DNA of 64,000 bases from Roseibacillus persicicus (GCF_014651675.1 NZ_BMXI01000002.1:89695-153694), one strand, 5' to 3'; counted from the first letter of the stretch, positions 52,588 through 62,847 are shown. Translations and numbers: made by a program. The notes: generated from the letters alone by a model not told the origin.

Positions 52588-52666
52588 AAGCGGGAGGGTG
52601 ATTTTTCCGCAGGTTCTGGAAATTTGATTTCCCCAACGGCCTCCCAAGTTCTTATAAGGAGGGCAG

Positions 52667-53464
52667 GTGATTGGTGTTCTTGATTCCGGAGTGGGGGGGC
52701 TTTCCGTGTTGCGGGAAATTCGGGCGCTTTTGCCGGGGGAGGATCTGGTTTATGTGGGGGATTCGGCTTTTTGTCCCTATGGGGCGAAGTCGGGGGAGGT
52801 ATTGCGTGAGCGGGTGGGGGGCATCGTGGAGTTTATGTTAGGCGAGGGGGCGGAGGTGATTGTGATGGCGTGCAATTCGGCGACGATTCAGGCCATCAAG
52901 TGGTGTCGCGAGCGTTGGCCAGAGGTTCCCTTTGTGGGGATGGAACCGGGGGTGAAACCGGCGGTGGAGGCGACGCGCAGTCAGGTGATAGGGGTCTTGG
53001 CGACGGAGGCGAGTCTGACGGGGGAGATGTTTGCGGATTTGGTGGAGCGCTGTTGTCACGGCTGTCAGGTGCTGACGAGTCCTTGCCCGAAGTTCGTGGA
53101 GCTGGTGGAGGCGGGGACGTTGTGCGGGCCGGAGGTGGATGAGGCGATTTGGGAGTATGGTGGACCGCTGGTGATGGGGGGGGCGGATGTGTTGGTGCTG
53201 GGATGCACGCATTATCCTTTCCTAAAGAGCGAAATTGCGCGGATTTTTCCAGAGGTGACTTTGATTGATACGGGGGGAGCGGTGGCGCGTCGGGTGGGGG
53301 AGGTCCTGGGCCGGGGGTCTGAGCCGGAGGCGAGGGAGGGCGCGGTGAGTTTCTACACGAGTGGCAGCGTGGAGGTGATGGAGGGGCTCTTGCCAAAGCT
53401 GCTGCCGAAGGTGCGGGGGCAGATTGCGGGTTTGCCGCTGATGGCGGGTGGGGGGGCGAGGTGA
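52667..53464 (+). CDS. murI: glutamate racemase
   Basis: GVLDSGVGGLSVL...VMACNSAT...VLGCTHYPFL motifs. GTG start. Confidence 0.9.
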   Translation: MIGVLDSGVGGLSVLREIRALLPGEDLVYVGDSAFCPYGAKSGEVLRERVGGIVEFMLGEGAEVIVMACNSATIQAIKWCRERWPEVPFVGMEPGVKPAVEATRSQVIGVLATEASLTGEMFADLVERCCHGCQVLTSPCPKFVELVEAGTLCGPEVDEAIWEYGGPLVMGGADVLVLGCTHYPFLKSEIARIFPEVTLIDTGGAVARRVGEVLGRGSEPEAREGAVSFYTSGSVEVMEGLLPKLLPKVRGQIAGLPLMAGGGAR

Positions 53465-53520
53465 TCTTTCCGCGTTCCGCGGGGTGTTTCGGGGCGATGG
53501 ATGGCTCGCTGAGCCGGTTT

Positions 53521-53781
53521 TCATGGGCTTTTCAGGAGGTAATACACTGCTGCGACTAGTGCGGCGGTGGCCAAACAGGCGGCTACGAGATGCAAATCGC
53601 GGCTATGCCAGAATGAATGGGAGCGCTGAAATTTTTTTCGACTGAGTTTTTCGAGTTTTTTTTGGGTCTCGCGGGACTGAATCTTCCATGAGTGGTAGCC
53701 GGTCGGAACCATGGTCAGTTCATCGGGCTGACGAGTGGTTGATTGTTCTTTGGATGGGATCGAGGTGCTTTTGTTCATCAC
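53521..53781 (-). CDS. small basic protein with C-terminal transmembrane tail (paralog A)
   Basis: 86 aa. The C-terminus RSHSFWHSRDLHLVAACLATAALVAAVYYLLKSP is shared with paralog B. Confidence 0.45.
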   Translation of the reverse strand: MMNKSTSIPSKEQSTTRQPDELTMVPTGYHSWKIQSRETQKKLEKLSRKKFQRSHSFWHSRDLHLVAACLATAALVAAVYYLLKSP

Positions 53782-54116
53782 GCTTTACTATAAAGTTAAA
53801 TATGTCTATTTGGCTATCTAATTCTTGGAGGAGGCCCGCTACCGCAGGGCGTTGAGGGGCGGGGGGAGAGCCTGGTTTCGAGGGGAGCGCGAACTGCAAC
53901 CCCTCACAGATTGGGGCGAGAATTTGGGTGTCCGAGCGAGGGTTCCGCGTGGTCCCGGAGGGGGCAGTTGGCTGGGAAGTCAGGGCGAGAGGAGGTTTTC
54001 GCCAACCTTTATTGGAGCAGTGGGACTGCTCAAGGAGGGGTGCGTTGGCTGGAGCTCCCGCCATTGTGGAATGGGATTCTAACAGTGGTTGTTAGGGGTT
54101 GTGAAGGGGGCGGGGG

Positions 54117-54395
54117 CTAGAGTCCTTTCATGGAATAGTAGACTGCGAGAGCGACTGAAGCGGTGAGGGCGACGGCGAGGATGAGCCGGAGGTCGCGGTT
54201 GTGCCAGAGGGAGTGATTCTTGCGACGTTTCTTGGCGGAAAGAGGGGCGTTCCCGGGTTGGTTCTCGAGTGGTGGAATGGTCTGTTCTTTCCATGAACGG
54301 AATTGAACCGGGCCTTTCGGAGCAGCAGGATTTTTTAACAATCCACGCCGAATTGCGTCCTTGGTCAGGGAGTTGTTATCAGATTGGGAGTCCAT
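54117..54395 (-). CDS. small basic protein with C-terminal transmembrane tail (paralog B)
   Basis: 92 aa. The C-terminus KNHSLWHNRDLRLILAVALTASVALAVYYSMKGL is shared with paralog A. Confidence 0.45.
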   Translation of the reverse strand: MDSQSDNNSLTKDAIRRGLLKNPAAPKGPVQFRSWKEQTIPPLENQPGNAPLSAKKRRKNHSLWHNRDLRLILAVALTASVALAVYYSMKGL

Positions 54396-54585
54396 GCTTG
54401 TTGTTAAGAAAAGTTTATCAACAGGCGGGTCGGAGGGCGATCCTGGAGGGATGAAATGTCACGAAAGAACCTCGAAAAGGGTTGGGTGGGTTCTGGCTGG
54501 ACCCAAACTTCTTAGCAGATAGGGGGTTTGTCTGCTTGACGATAGAGCCAGAGGTGTGCAGCCTGCGCCTCCTTTCACCGTAAGC

Positions 54586-55635
54586 ATGGCAGCAAAAATT
54601 TATACAGACAAAGACGCGAACCTCTCCTCCATCAAGCGAAAGAAGCTCGCCGTCATCGGTTTTGGTTCCCAAGGGCACGCACACGCTCTCAACCTTAAAG
54701 ACAGCGGCTGCGATGTCGTGATTGGCCTTTACGCCAAGTCCAAGTCCCGCGAAGTGGCCCAGAAGCTCGGTTTCGAGGTGATGGACACGGCTGAAGCGGT
54801 GGCTGCTGCGGACGTTATTTTCGTTGCCGTTCCCGACACGGTGATTCCTTCCGTCTATGAGAAGGACATTGCGCCGAATCTGACCAAGGGCAAGTGCCTC
54901 TTGTTCTCCCATGGATTCGCCATTCACTTTGGCACCATTGAGGTCCCCGAGGATGTGGACGTCATCATGGTTGCACCCAAGGGCCCCGGTCACACGGTGC
55001 GCAGCCAGTTCGTTGAGAAGAAGGGCGTTCCAACTCTCATCGCCATTCACCAGGATGCGACCGGCAAGGCGCACAAGATTGCTCTCGGCTGGGCCAAGGG
55101 CATCGGCGGCACCCGCGCGGGTGTTTTCGAAACAAATTTCCGTGAAGAAACCGTTACCGACCTCTTCGGTGAGCAGGTTGTTCTCTGCGGGGGCGCGAGC
55201 GCTCTCGTGAAGGCGGGCTTCGAAACTCTCGTGGAAGCTGGTTACCAGCCCGAGATGGCCTACTTCGAATGTTTACACGAATTGAAGCTCATCGTGGATC
55301 TGATGGTTGAGAGTGGAATCGCAGGAATGCGCTTCTCCATTTCCGAGACTGCAGAGTACGGTGACGTCACTGTTGGCCCGAAAATTATTGATGCGAGCGT
55401 GAAAAAGCGCATGCAGAAGCAGTTGAAAGCCATCGAAGATGGGAAATTTGCCAAAGAGTGGACAGAAGAGTATAATAACGGCTGTAAGAACTTTAACGCA
55501 ATTCGTCGCGAGGAAGCCAAGCACCCCATCGAAAAGGTGGGAACCAAGCTTCGCGGGATGATGAGCTGGCTCGGAGGAGCCAAAAAAGTTGGCAAGGGTC
55601 AAAGCCAAGCCAGCTACGTTTCAGGATCAAAGTAA
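54586..55635 (+). CDS. ilvC: ketol-acid reductoisomerase (class I)
   Basis: [27 protein letters not shown]-binding motif. Start at an internal ATG of the ORF that begins at 54556. Confidence 0.9.
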   Translation: MAAKIYTDKDANLSSIKRKKLAVIGFGSQGHAHALNLKDSGCDVVIGLYAKSKSREVAQKLGFEVMDTAEAVAAADVIFVAVPDTVIPSVYEKDIAPNLTKGKCLLFSHGFAIHFGTIEVPEDVDVIMVAPKGPGHTVRSQFVEKKGVPTLIAIHQDATGKAHKIALGWAKGIGGTRAGVFETNFREETVTDLFGEQVVLCGGASALVKAGFETLVEAGYQPEMAYFECLHELKLIVDLMVESGIAGMRFSISETAEYGDVTVGPKIIDASVKKRMQKQLKAIEDGKFAKEWTEEYNNGCKNFNAIRREEAKHPIEKVGTKLRGMMSWLGGAKKVGKGQSQASYVSGSK

Positions 55636-55690
55636 CAACAACGCTTTAAAATCTTTGGGTAGTCCGGTGGGGACCGGCTCCCAATATCAA

Positions 55691-55728
55691 AGCCGCGCGG
55701 TGGGGGCCGCGCGGCTTTACTATTTTCG
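55691..55728 (+). terminator. rho-independent terminator downstream of ilvC
   Basis: agccgcgcgg-tggggg-ccgcgcggct followed by ttactattttc. Confidence 0.55.
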
Positions 55729-55868
55729 GCGCGAATCGGGCAGTTTGCCGAAAAATAGGAGTAAAGAAGGCGTATCGTTAAGGATTGCCTTGAGCTGAAG
55801 GAGGATTTGTCCAAACTCCGCGTCAGGCTTTCCTAAAAGACCTAAAAAAACCATAAGCAGCACAATAA

Positions 55869-57494
55869 ATGACTAAATCAAATGAAGTAAATCGCATGAG
55901 ACTGCTCTGGGCAGGATTCGTGGCGATCTTGGCAGCCGGAGTCGGTTTCGGCGTCCGGGGAGGTATCTTTACCAACTGGGCGGATGAGTTCGGATTTTCG
56001 GGTGCCCAATTGGGGATGATCGGGGGAGCCGGATTCACGGGATTCTGTTTCGGTATCATTATCGGGGGACTGATCGTCGATAAGATCGGCTACGCGAAAC
56101 TCGTCATCGCGGCCTTCCTTTTTCATACGATTTCAGCGTTCGTCACTCTTGGCGCGACGGAAGGCCAATCGACCGCAGTCGCATTTAACTTCCTTTATTG
56201 GGGCACCTTCATTTTCGCGTTGGCAAACGGCACCCTCGAGGCGGTGGCCAACCCCTTGGTCTCCACCTTGTTCCCGAACAAGCGGACCCATTACCTCAAC
56301 ATTCTCCACGCCAGCTGGCCTTTGGGGATGGTCATCGGTGGCCTGATCGGTTGGTTCCTCGGCTCCGGCGACAACGCCTTGCACTGGAAGATCCAGCTCG
56401 CACTCTACCTCGTGCCTACATTGGCTTATGGAATCATGTTCCTTGGCCAGAAGTATCCCAAGTCGGAGGCTTCGGAGAAGGGTCTTTCTTTCGCACAAAT
56501 GTTCCGCGAAGTCGGTTATCTCAGTGGTGGTGTTGTTTGCTTCATGCTCGCGTTGTTTGCCCGTGACACCGTGAACACCATTTCTGGTGGAGGCGTGATG
56601 CCTACCATCGCCGCGCTCGTGGTGGGAATCGGACTCTTTGGTTTCACTCTGAAGATTACCGGTGGCTATGCCGGTAGTGTGCTTCTTTTCTTCCTCTTCA
56701 TCGCCCACGTTCTGGTTGGTGCGGTCGAGCTGGGAACGGATGGCTGGATTCAGAACATCACCGGGGTGATTCTTGACCCGACCCAGGGTAAGATTCTCTT
56801 CGTCTTCACTTCCCTCCTCATGTTCGCCCTGCGCTTTGCAGCGGACACTATCGAAAAGAAGGCTGGCCTCAGCCCAGTCGCTCTTCTTTTGGCCTGTGCC
56901 ATCATCGCGGTGATTGGTCTGAACTTGATTGCGGCCATCAGCGGCTTCGGTTTCGCACTTGGTGCGGTGGCTGTTTATGCCGTGGGTAAGACCTTCTTCT
57001 GGCCCACCATGTTGGCGGTTGTGGGTGACCGTTTCCCTTCCACTGGTGCGGTTGCGATGAGCTTGATGGGTGGCGTGGGCATGATGTCTGCCGGTCTGAT
57101 CGGCAACGTTGGCTTGGGTTACTTGAAAGACCGTTACGCGGTTGACGAGCTGAAGTCTGAGAACGTGGCTCTCTACGAAGAATACAAGAGCGAGGGTGCG
57201 CCGAGCTCTTTCTTCGGAATCGGAGAAGTGCAGCCTCTCGATGGCAAGCTCCTCGAAGCAGCCAAGGGTGCGGAAGCCCCAACTCCCGAGCAGACTGCAG
57301 TGGTGGAAGCCGACGTGCGCGGAGCCCGCAGCACTCTCCGGACGGACTCCCTCATTCCGGTTGGAATGGCGATCATCTACCTCGGGATGTTGCTCTACTT
57401 CAAGAAGATCGGCGGCTACAAGCCTCTGACGATTGCGGAAGAAGGCAGCGGCAGTGCGGCCAAGGCTGCAGCCGAACATGCGGGTGAGGCCTAA
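55869..57494 (+). CDS. MFS transporter (12 TM; sugar/H+ symporter-like)
   Basis: 541 aa, two 6-TM halves with Gly-rich helices. Alternative start at ATG 55896. Confidence 0.7.
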   Translation: MTKSNEVNRMRLLWAGFVAILAAGVGFGVRGGIFTNWADEFGFSGAQLGMIGGAGFTGFCFGIIIGGLIVDKIGYAKLVIAAFLFHTISAFVTLGATEGQSTAVAFNFLYWGTFIFALANGTLEAVANPLVSTLFPNKRTHYLNILHASWPLGMVIGGLIGWFLGSGDNALHWKIQLALYLVPTLAYGIMFLGQKYPKSEASEKGLSFAQMFREVGYLSGGVVCFMLALFARDTVNTISGGGVMPTIAALVVGIGLFGFTLKITGGYAGSVLLFFLFIAHVLVGAVELGTDGWIQNITGVILDPTQGKILFVFTSLLMFALRFAADTIEKKAGLSPVALLLACAIIAVIGLNLIAAISGFGFALGAVAVYAVGKTFFWPTMLAVVGDRFPSTGAVAMSLMGGVGMMSAGLIGNVGLGYLKDRYAVDELKSENVALYEEYKSEGAPSSFFGIGEVQPLDGKLLEAAKGAEAPTPEQTAVVEADVRGARSTLRTDSLIPVGMAIIYLGMLLYFKKIGGYKPLTIAEEGSGSAAKAAAEHAGEA

Positions 57495-57520
57495 GCCCTT
57501 CATCCGGTATTGATTTTTGA

Positions 57521-57553
57521 AAGGCGGCCTCCTTCGGGAGGTCGCTTTTTTTT
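57521..57553 (+). terminator. rho-independent terminator downstream of MFS gene
   Basis: aaaggcggcctcc-ttcg-ggaggtcgc followed by TTTTTTTT. Confidence 0.6.
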
Positions 57554-57717
57554 GCGAGTGGTAAAGAGGTTTTTGTCTAAACGAAAGTCTAGTTGGCAGT
57601 TACCTTTTGCGGGTTGTACAATGCTTGGATACCGATTCCCACGCTTCCTCTGGCGAAAGAAAGGCCGTAACGGAAGCGAATAAAGGGTGTTCTTCCGCTC
57701 TCAAACCCACATTAGCC

Positions 57718-60700
57718 ATGCGACTGTTTACTCTTCCCCTAGTTCTGCTCATTACTCCGACGCTATCGGGTCAGGAGAAGGCTCCGATTGACTTTAATGA
57801 CCAGGTGCAGCCGATTTTGTCGGAGTATTGCTATCATTGCCACGGGCCTGATAGCTCCACGCGTCTTCCCAATGCTGACAAAGGCGGACAGCCTTTGAGG
57901 CTGGATCGGGAAGCGGATGCCTTCGAGGTGCGGGAGGACCTCGGTGAGCCTGTGATCTTGAAAGGGGAACCAGAGAACTCGGAGCTGATCCTCCGTCTCA
58001 TCTCCGATGACAAGACCGAGATCATGCCGCCGCCGAAGGCGCATAAGACGATGAAGGAGGAGGAAATCGAGATCCTCAAGCAGTGGGTCGCGGAAGGGGC
58101 ACCCTATGAAGAGCACTGGTCCTTTATCGCTCCCAGTCGTCCCGCTTTGCCGGAGGTCAGTACGGAGAGCCGCGAGTGGAGTCAGAATCCCATCGACACG
58201 TTTATCGCCGCGGAGCACGAGAAGCGTGGTTTGACTGCGAATCCCCGGGAAGAGGACGCGCGTTTGCTTCGTCGTCTGAGTTTGGATTTGTCGGGGCTGC
58301 CTCCGACGCCCGAGCAGTTGGACAATTGGAAGAATGATCCCAATGCGGCCGTCGAGTCTCTGTTAGGCACGGATGAGTATGCCGAGCATTTCGGCCGTCA
58401 CTGGCTGGACGCGGCGCGCTATGCCGACACCCACGGTATCCACATCGATAACTACCGCGCAATCTGGCCCTACCGGGACTGGGTGATCGATGCCTTTCGC
58501 AAGAATATGCCCTTCGACCAATTCACCCGGGAGCAAATCGCGGGTGACATGATGCCAAATCCAACGACCGAGCAAATGATCGCCTCGGGATTCAACCGCT
58601 GTCTGGCCACAACTGGCGAGGGCGGTGCGATTGCCGAGGAGTGGGAGGCGATTTATGCGCAGGAACGGGTCGATACTTTATCAGCGGTTTGGCTCGGTCT
58701 GAGCACCGGTTGTGCCGCTTGTCATGACCACAAATTCGATCCGATTACGCAGGTTGATAACTTTTCGCTTACCGCTTTTTTCCGCAATACCACGATGGCG
58801 GCGTTGGATAAAAACAATGCCGAGCATCCGCCCAACCTCTTCGTCACTGCCTTGGAAGACCGGGGTCGGTGGGAGGAGGTTCAAGCGGCCTATCAGGCGA
58901 AAAAGAAGGAAGCCGAAGACCGCCTGACGTCTGTGGAGAGTGACTTTGCCTCTTGGGCGGAGCAGTTGAGAGCCGAGGGACCCGCGGCCGATGAGGTGGC
59001 TGCCAAGGTGGATTCCAGTCAGGGTCTCATCTTCAATTTGCCATTGGATGCGAAGGGGCCAACCATCGACGGTTTGGTCCAGGGGCAGATGAAAAATTGG
59101 CCAGCCCCCAATCGCAAGTTCGTGGATGGGCCTTTGGGTCCAGCGACTTGGGTGAATGATTCCGGGGTTTCCCTCGGCGATGTCGGAGGGATGGATGCCA
59201 AGGGTCAGTTCTCCTATGGAATGCTGATCTACACCGAGGGCAAGGCGAATGGACCGGTCATTGCGAAGATGGACGAGCAGAGGAAGTTCCGGGGTTGGGA
59301 CTTCTGGATGCAGGATGGTCGTCTGGCCTCTCACTTGATCGATGAGTGGACCAACAAGGCCCATAAGATTGTTTCCAAGGAAGTGCTTGAACCTAAAAAG
59401 TGGCACCACGTGATGGTGACTTATGATGGTTCGCAGAAGCCTGGCAGCCGGGTGAAGATGTATCTGAACGGGAAGCTGACGGCGAGCTCCACCAGTCCCA
59501 ATAGCGCCGCGGACAGTTTCGTGACGGGGCAGCCTCTGCGACTGGGCGCCCGTTCCCATGGACAGAAGCTTTCCGGAGGACAGGCCGCGATTCAGGACTT
59601 CCGAATCTACGACCGAATTCTGCCGGAAACCGAGTTGCAGCAGTTGGCCGAGTTGGTGGACTACGTCCCCCTGGAGGTGGCTGCCACTGTCCCTCTCGAC
59701 AAGATGACCGAGAGGCAGCGCAGGACACTGAAGACCTACTTCCTGACCAATCACGACGAGCCCTATCAGACCCTGCAGCGTGAGCTTGCGGAGCTGGAAA
59801 AGGAGATGGCTAGGATTCGGGCTCGTGGATCGGTCACTTTGGTAATGGACGACCGGAAGGATCAGGAAGCCTACGCCCACGTCTTGACGCGGGGAGATTA
59901 CCGTCAGAAGGCGCAGAAGGTCCCGGCCGCAGTGCCTGAGATCCTGCCGCAATTGCCGAGTGGGGTGCGAGCGGATCGTCTGGCTCTGGCGGACTGGCTG
60001 GTCTCTCCCGAGAATCCACTCCCTGCCCGCGTCACCGTGAACCGGCTTTGGTATTACTTTTTCGGAACGGGAATTGTCGAAACGACAGAAGACTTCGGCA
60101 TCATGGGCGCCCGGCCAACCCATCCGCAGCTTTTGGATTGGCTGGCGGTGGAGTTTGTGGAATCGGGATGGGATTTGCAGCACATGATTCGCCTGATCGT
60201 CTCCTCCGCGACCTATCAACAGTCGGGTCATACCACGCCCGAGCAATTGGAGAGTGATCCGGATAACCGTTATCTTTCGCGAGGACCGCGCTATCGGCTT
60301 GATGCGGAGCAGATCCGTGATTTGGCTTTGAGTGCCTCGGGATTGTTAGTGAAAAAGTTCGGGGGTCCCTCGGTGAAGCCCTACCAGCCCAAAGGAGTCT
60401 GGTCGGCGGTGGCGATGAACCAGTCCAATACGCGATATTATAAGGAAGATAGTGGGGAGGCCCTCTATCGCCGCTCGCTCTATACCTTCTGGAAGCGGAC
60501 CGCGCCCCCTGCGTCGATGGACCTCTTTGACGCGCCTTCGCGGGAGACTTTCTGTGTGCGACGGAGCCGGACCAATACTCCTCTGCAGGCCTTCGTGCTG
60601 ATGAACGATCCGCAGTTTGTGGAAGCTTCCCGCCGTCTTGCTGAGAATGCGATGAAGGAGGAGTCGGATTTTGAGGGGCGGGTCCGGTTTATCTACAAGT

Positions 60701-60918
60701 CCTTGTTAGCTCGGGAAGCCGGGGAGAAAGAGCTGGTCATCTTGAAAGAGAGTTTCCAGCCCATCGAAGCCGGATTCCAACAGGACCCAGCCCGTGCGAG
60801 CGAGTTGATCGGGGTGGGGGCCAGCAAGGCCGACCCGAACCTGAATCCGTCCGAGTTAGCCACGTGGACCGTGCTCGCCTCCCAAGTCTTGAACCTCGAC
60901 GAAACCATCACGAAATAG
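57718..60918 (+). CDS. PSCyt1/DUF1549/DUF1553 (PSD1) domain protein with N-terminal CxxCH
   Basis: Signal peptide MRLFTLPLVLLITPTLSG, heme motif CYHCHG, and a multidomain architecture typical of the planctomycete/verrucomicrobial DUF1553 family. Immediately upstream of DUF1501. Confidence 0.85.
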   Translation: MRLFTLPLVLLITPTLSGQEKAPIDFNDQVQPILSEYCYHCHGPDSSTRLPNADKGGQPLRLDREADAFEVREDLGEPVILKGEPENSELILRLISDDKTEIMPPPKAHKTMKEEEIEILKQWVAEGAPYEEHWSFIAPSRPALPEVSTESREWSQNPIDTFIAAEHEKRGLTANPREEDARLLRRLSLDLSGLPPTPEQLDNWKNDPNAAVESLLGTDEYAEHFGRHWLDAARYADTHGIHIDNYRAIWPYRDWVIDAFRKNMPFDQFTREQIAGDMMPNPTTEQMIASGFNRCLATTGEGGAIAEEWEAIYAQERVDTLSAVWLGLSTGCAACHDHKFDPITQVDNFSLTAFFRNTTMAALDKNNAEHPPNLFVTALEDRGRWEEVQAAYQAKKKEAEDRLTSVESDFASWAEQLRAEGPAADEVAAKVDSSQGLIFNLPLDAKGPTIDGLVQGQMKNWPAPNRKFVDGPLGPATWVNDSGVSLGDVGGMDAKGQFSYGMLIYTEGKANGPVIAKMDEQRKFRGWDFWMQDGRLASHLIDEWTNKAHKIVSKEVLEPKKWHHVMVTYDGSQKPGSRVKMYLNGKLTASSTSPNSAADSFVTGQPLRLGARSHGQKLSGGQAAIQDFRIYDRILPETELQQLAELVDYVPLEVAATVPLDKMTERQRRTLKTYFLTNHDEPYQTLQRELAELEKEMARIRARGSVTLVMDDRKDQEAYAHVLTRGDYRQKAQKVPAAVPEILPQLPSGVRADRLALADWLVSPENPLPARVTVNRLWYYFFGTGIVETTEDFGIMGARPTHPQLLDWLAVEFVESGWDLQHMIRLIVSSATYQQSGHTTPEQLESDPDNRYLSRGPRYRLDAEQIRDLALSASGLLVKKFGGPSVKPYQPKGVWSAVAMNQSNTRYYKEDSGEALYRRSLYTFWKRTAPPASMDLFDAPSRETFCVRRSRTNTPLQAFVLMNDPQFVEASRRLAENAMKEESDFEGRVRFIYKSLLAREAGEKELVILKESFQPIEAGFQQDPARASELIGVGASKADPNLNPSELATWTVLASQVLNLDETITK

Positions 60919-60922
60919 CGCC

Positions 60923-62377
60923 ATGAATTCCATTGAAGATTACAACGCCCAAGTCTCCCGCCGTCAGTTTTTCCGCAAGGGCGGGACCGGATTGGGCGTG
61001 GCCGCGCTAGCCTCCATGCTGCCTCGGGAAGCTCTTTCCATTGGGGCTGAACCCGAGTTCGACTTTCGAGCCATCGCGCCCAAAGCCAAGCGGGCAATTT
61101 ACCTTTCCATGGTAGGAGCTCCGGCCCAGATGGAGACTTGGGATCCCAAGCCCCACCTCAGATCCGAGTTTAAGAAAGACCTCACGGGTTATCTCAAGGA
61201 GCAGGGTGAGCGTCTGACGGGGATGACCGCCGGGCAGTCCACCTTTCCACTCGCGCCTTCGGCCTTCGAGTTCGAGAAGATGGGCAAGAGCGGCATCGAT
61301 GTCAGCGAGCTCTTTCCATACACCGGCAAGGTGGTGGACGAGCTTTGCGTGATTCGGTCAATGTATACCGAGGCCATCAACCACGAGCCGGCGAATCAAC
61401 TTTGCTTTACCGGAAATCAGGTGGCGGGGAAGGCTTCGCTGGGGTCTTGGCTGAGCTATGGCTTGGGCAGTAGCAATGAAAACCTGCCATCCTTCGTGGT
61501 CTTGCATGCCAAGCACAGCAACCCGGCGGCCAACGTGCAGGCGATCTCGAATCGTCTGTGGGGCTCCGGCTATCTGCCGGGCAAGTATGCGGGGGTCGAG
61601 TTGCGTTCGGTGGGAGATCCGGTGCTCTATTTGCGCGATGCTCCGGGCATCGATCGGGCGACCCGGCGTCATATGCTCGATGGCCTGGCGAAGCTCAATC
61701 AGGAGTCCCTCCAGTTGGTGGGGGATCCGAATATCCAGACCCGGATTCAACAATATGAAATGGCCTTCCGCATGCAGGCCTCGGTGCCTGAGTTGACCGA
61801 TCTGTCCAGCGAGCCGGAGTCGTCTTTCGAGCTCTATGGCGAGGATAGTCGCAAGGCGGGGACTTTCGCGAGTTCAGCTCTGATGGGGCGTCGGCTCTTG
61901 GAACGCGGAGTGCGCTTTGTGCAGATTTTTCACCGTGGTTGGGATCAGCATGGCAGCTTGCCCCAGCACCTGCCGGATCAGTGCCGGGACGTCGATCAGG
62001 GGTGCTATGCACTCATCACCGACCTGAAGCGTCGGGGAATGCTGGATGATACTCTGGTGATTTGGGGGGGAGAATTCGGCCGCACCATTTACTCGCAAGG
62101 CACTCTCAACGAAAGAACCTACGGCCGGGATCACCACCCCCGCGCATTCTCCATCTGGATGGCGGGCGGTGGAATCAAGGGCGGGATGGTTCACGGAGCG
62201 ACGGACGACTACGGATACAACATCATTGAAAAGCCAGTGCACATCCGTGACTTGCACGCGACCATTCTCCATCAGCTCGGCATCGACCACGAGCGAATGT
62301 CCTACAAGTATCAGGGCCTCGATCAGCGACTCACCGGGGTTGAGCCAGCCAAAGTGGTGAAGGATATTCTGGCGTAG
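60923..62377 (+). CDS. DUF1501 (sulfatase-fold) protein with twin-arginine signal
   Basis: Tat motif SRRQFFRKGGTGLGVAALA. Canonical partner of DUF1553 proteins. Confidence 0.85.
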   Translation: MNSIEDYNAQVSRRQFFRKGGTGLGVAALASMLPREALSIGAEPEFDFRAIAPKAKRAIYLSMVGAPAQMETWDPKPHLRSEFKKDLTGYLKEQGERLTGMTAGQSTFPLAPSAFEFEKMGKSGIDVSELFPYTGKVVDELCVIRSMYTEAINHEPANQLCFTGNQVAGKASLGSWLSYGLGSSNENLPSFVVLHAKHSNPAANVQAISNRLWGSGYLPGKYAGVELRSVGDPVLYLRDAPGIDRATRRHMLDGLAKLNQESLQLVGDPNIQTRIQQYEMAFRMQASVPELTDLSSEPESSFELYGEDSRKAGTFASSALMGRRLLERGVRFVQIFHRGWDQHGSLPQHLPDQCRDVDQGCYALITDLKRRGMLDDTLVIWGGEFGRTIYSQGTLNERTYGRDHHPRAFSIWMAGGGIKGGMVHGATDDYGYNIIEKPVHIRDLHATILHQLGIDHERMSYKYQGLDQRLTGVEPAKVVKDILA

Positions 62378-62382
62378 GAGCG

Positions 62383-62847
62383 CTAGATATCGATGACTTT
62401 TCCCGAGACGGACTTTGCCGATTCTCCTTCTTGTTCCGGAAGGGGATCGAAGTCCGGATCGAGGGGGTTTCCACCGACGGAGACGTGAACCTTCTTGGCG
62501 AGCTTGTCGGTGAGAACTTGCCTGATCACCGCTCGGACAGGAGGAAGAAGAAGGAGAAAGCCAACGGTATCAGTCAGGAATCCCGGGGTGAGGAGAACCG
62601 CGCCCGCAATGAGGATGAGCAAGCCGTCGACCATCTCCTTGTGCGGCATCTTGCCCATGGAGAGGGCATTCTGAAAGTTTGCGAGGGCCTTGCCCCCCTG
62701 GGATTTTGTGAGAGCCGCTCCGATAAAGGCGGTCACCACAATGATGAAGAGAGTGGTCCCCAGGCCCAGGTGTTTCCCCAAGAGCATGAACAGAGAGAGT
62801 TCGATGATGGGAACGAGGATGAAGAGGAGAAGTAGACGTCCGAACAT
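62383..62847 (-). CDS. fxsA: FxsA-family membrane protein
   Basis: MFGRLLLLFILVPIIELSLFMLLG...LLLPPVRAVIRQ pattern. Start at internal ATG. Confidence 0.7.
   Translation of the reverse strand: MFGRLLLLFILVPIIELSLFMLLGKHLGLGTTLFIIVVTAFIGAALTKSQGGKALANFQNALSMGKMPHKEMVDGLLILIAGAVLLTPGFLTDTVGFLLLLPPVRAVIRQVLTDKLAKKVHVSVGGNPLDPDFDPLPEQEGESAKSVSGKVIDI

Noticed and set aside
52168-52647. Pro-rich (159 and 131 aa, -) and Gly/Trp-rich (111 and 76 aa, +) ORFs upstream of murI
   Set aside because: They lie wholly within the G-tract / direct-repeat segment; the composition is driven by the repeat.
53720-54064. 114-aa - strand ORF between the two small paralogues
   Set aside because: It overlaps the start of paralogue A, has no conserved tail and no match to its neighbours, so it is likely intergenic.
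56133-57503. 456-aa - strand ORF antisense to the MFS transporter
   Set aside because: The + strand gives a 12-TM transporter. The antisense frame is charged low-complexity with no TM pattern.
58681-60246. 521-aa - strand ORF antisense to the DUF1553 gene
   Set aside because: The + strand ORF carries CxxCH and DUF1553 hallmarks and is paired with DUF1501. The antisense ORF is Arg/Gly/Leu-rich low complexity.
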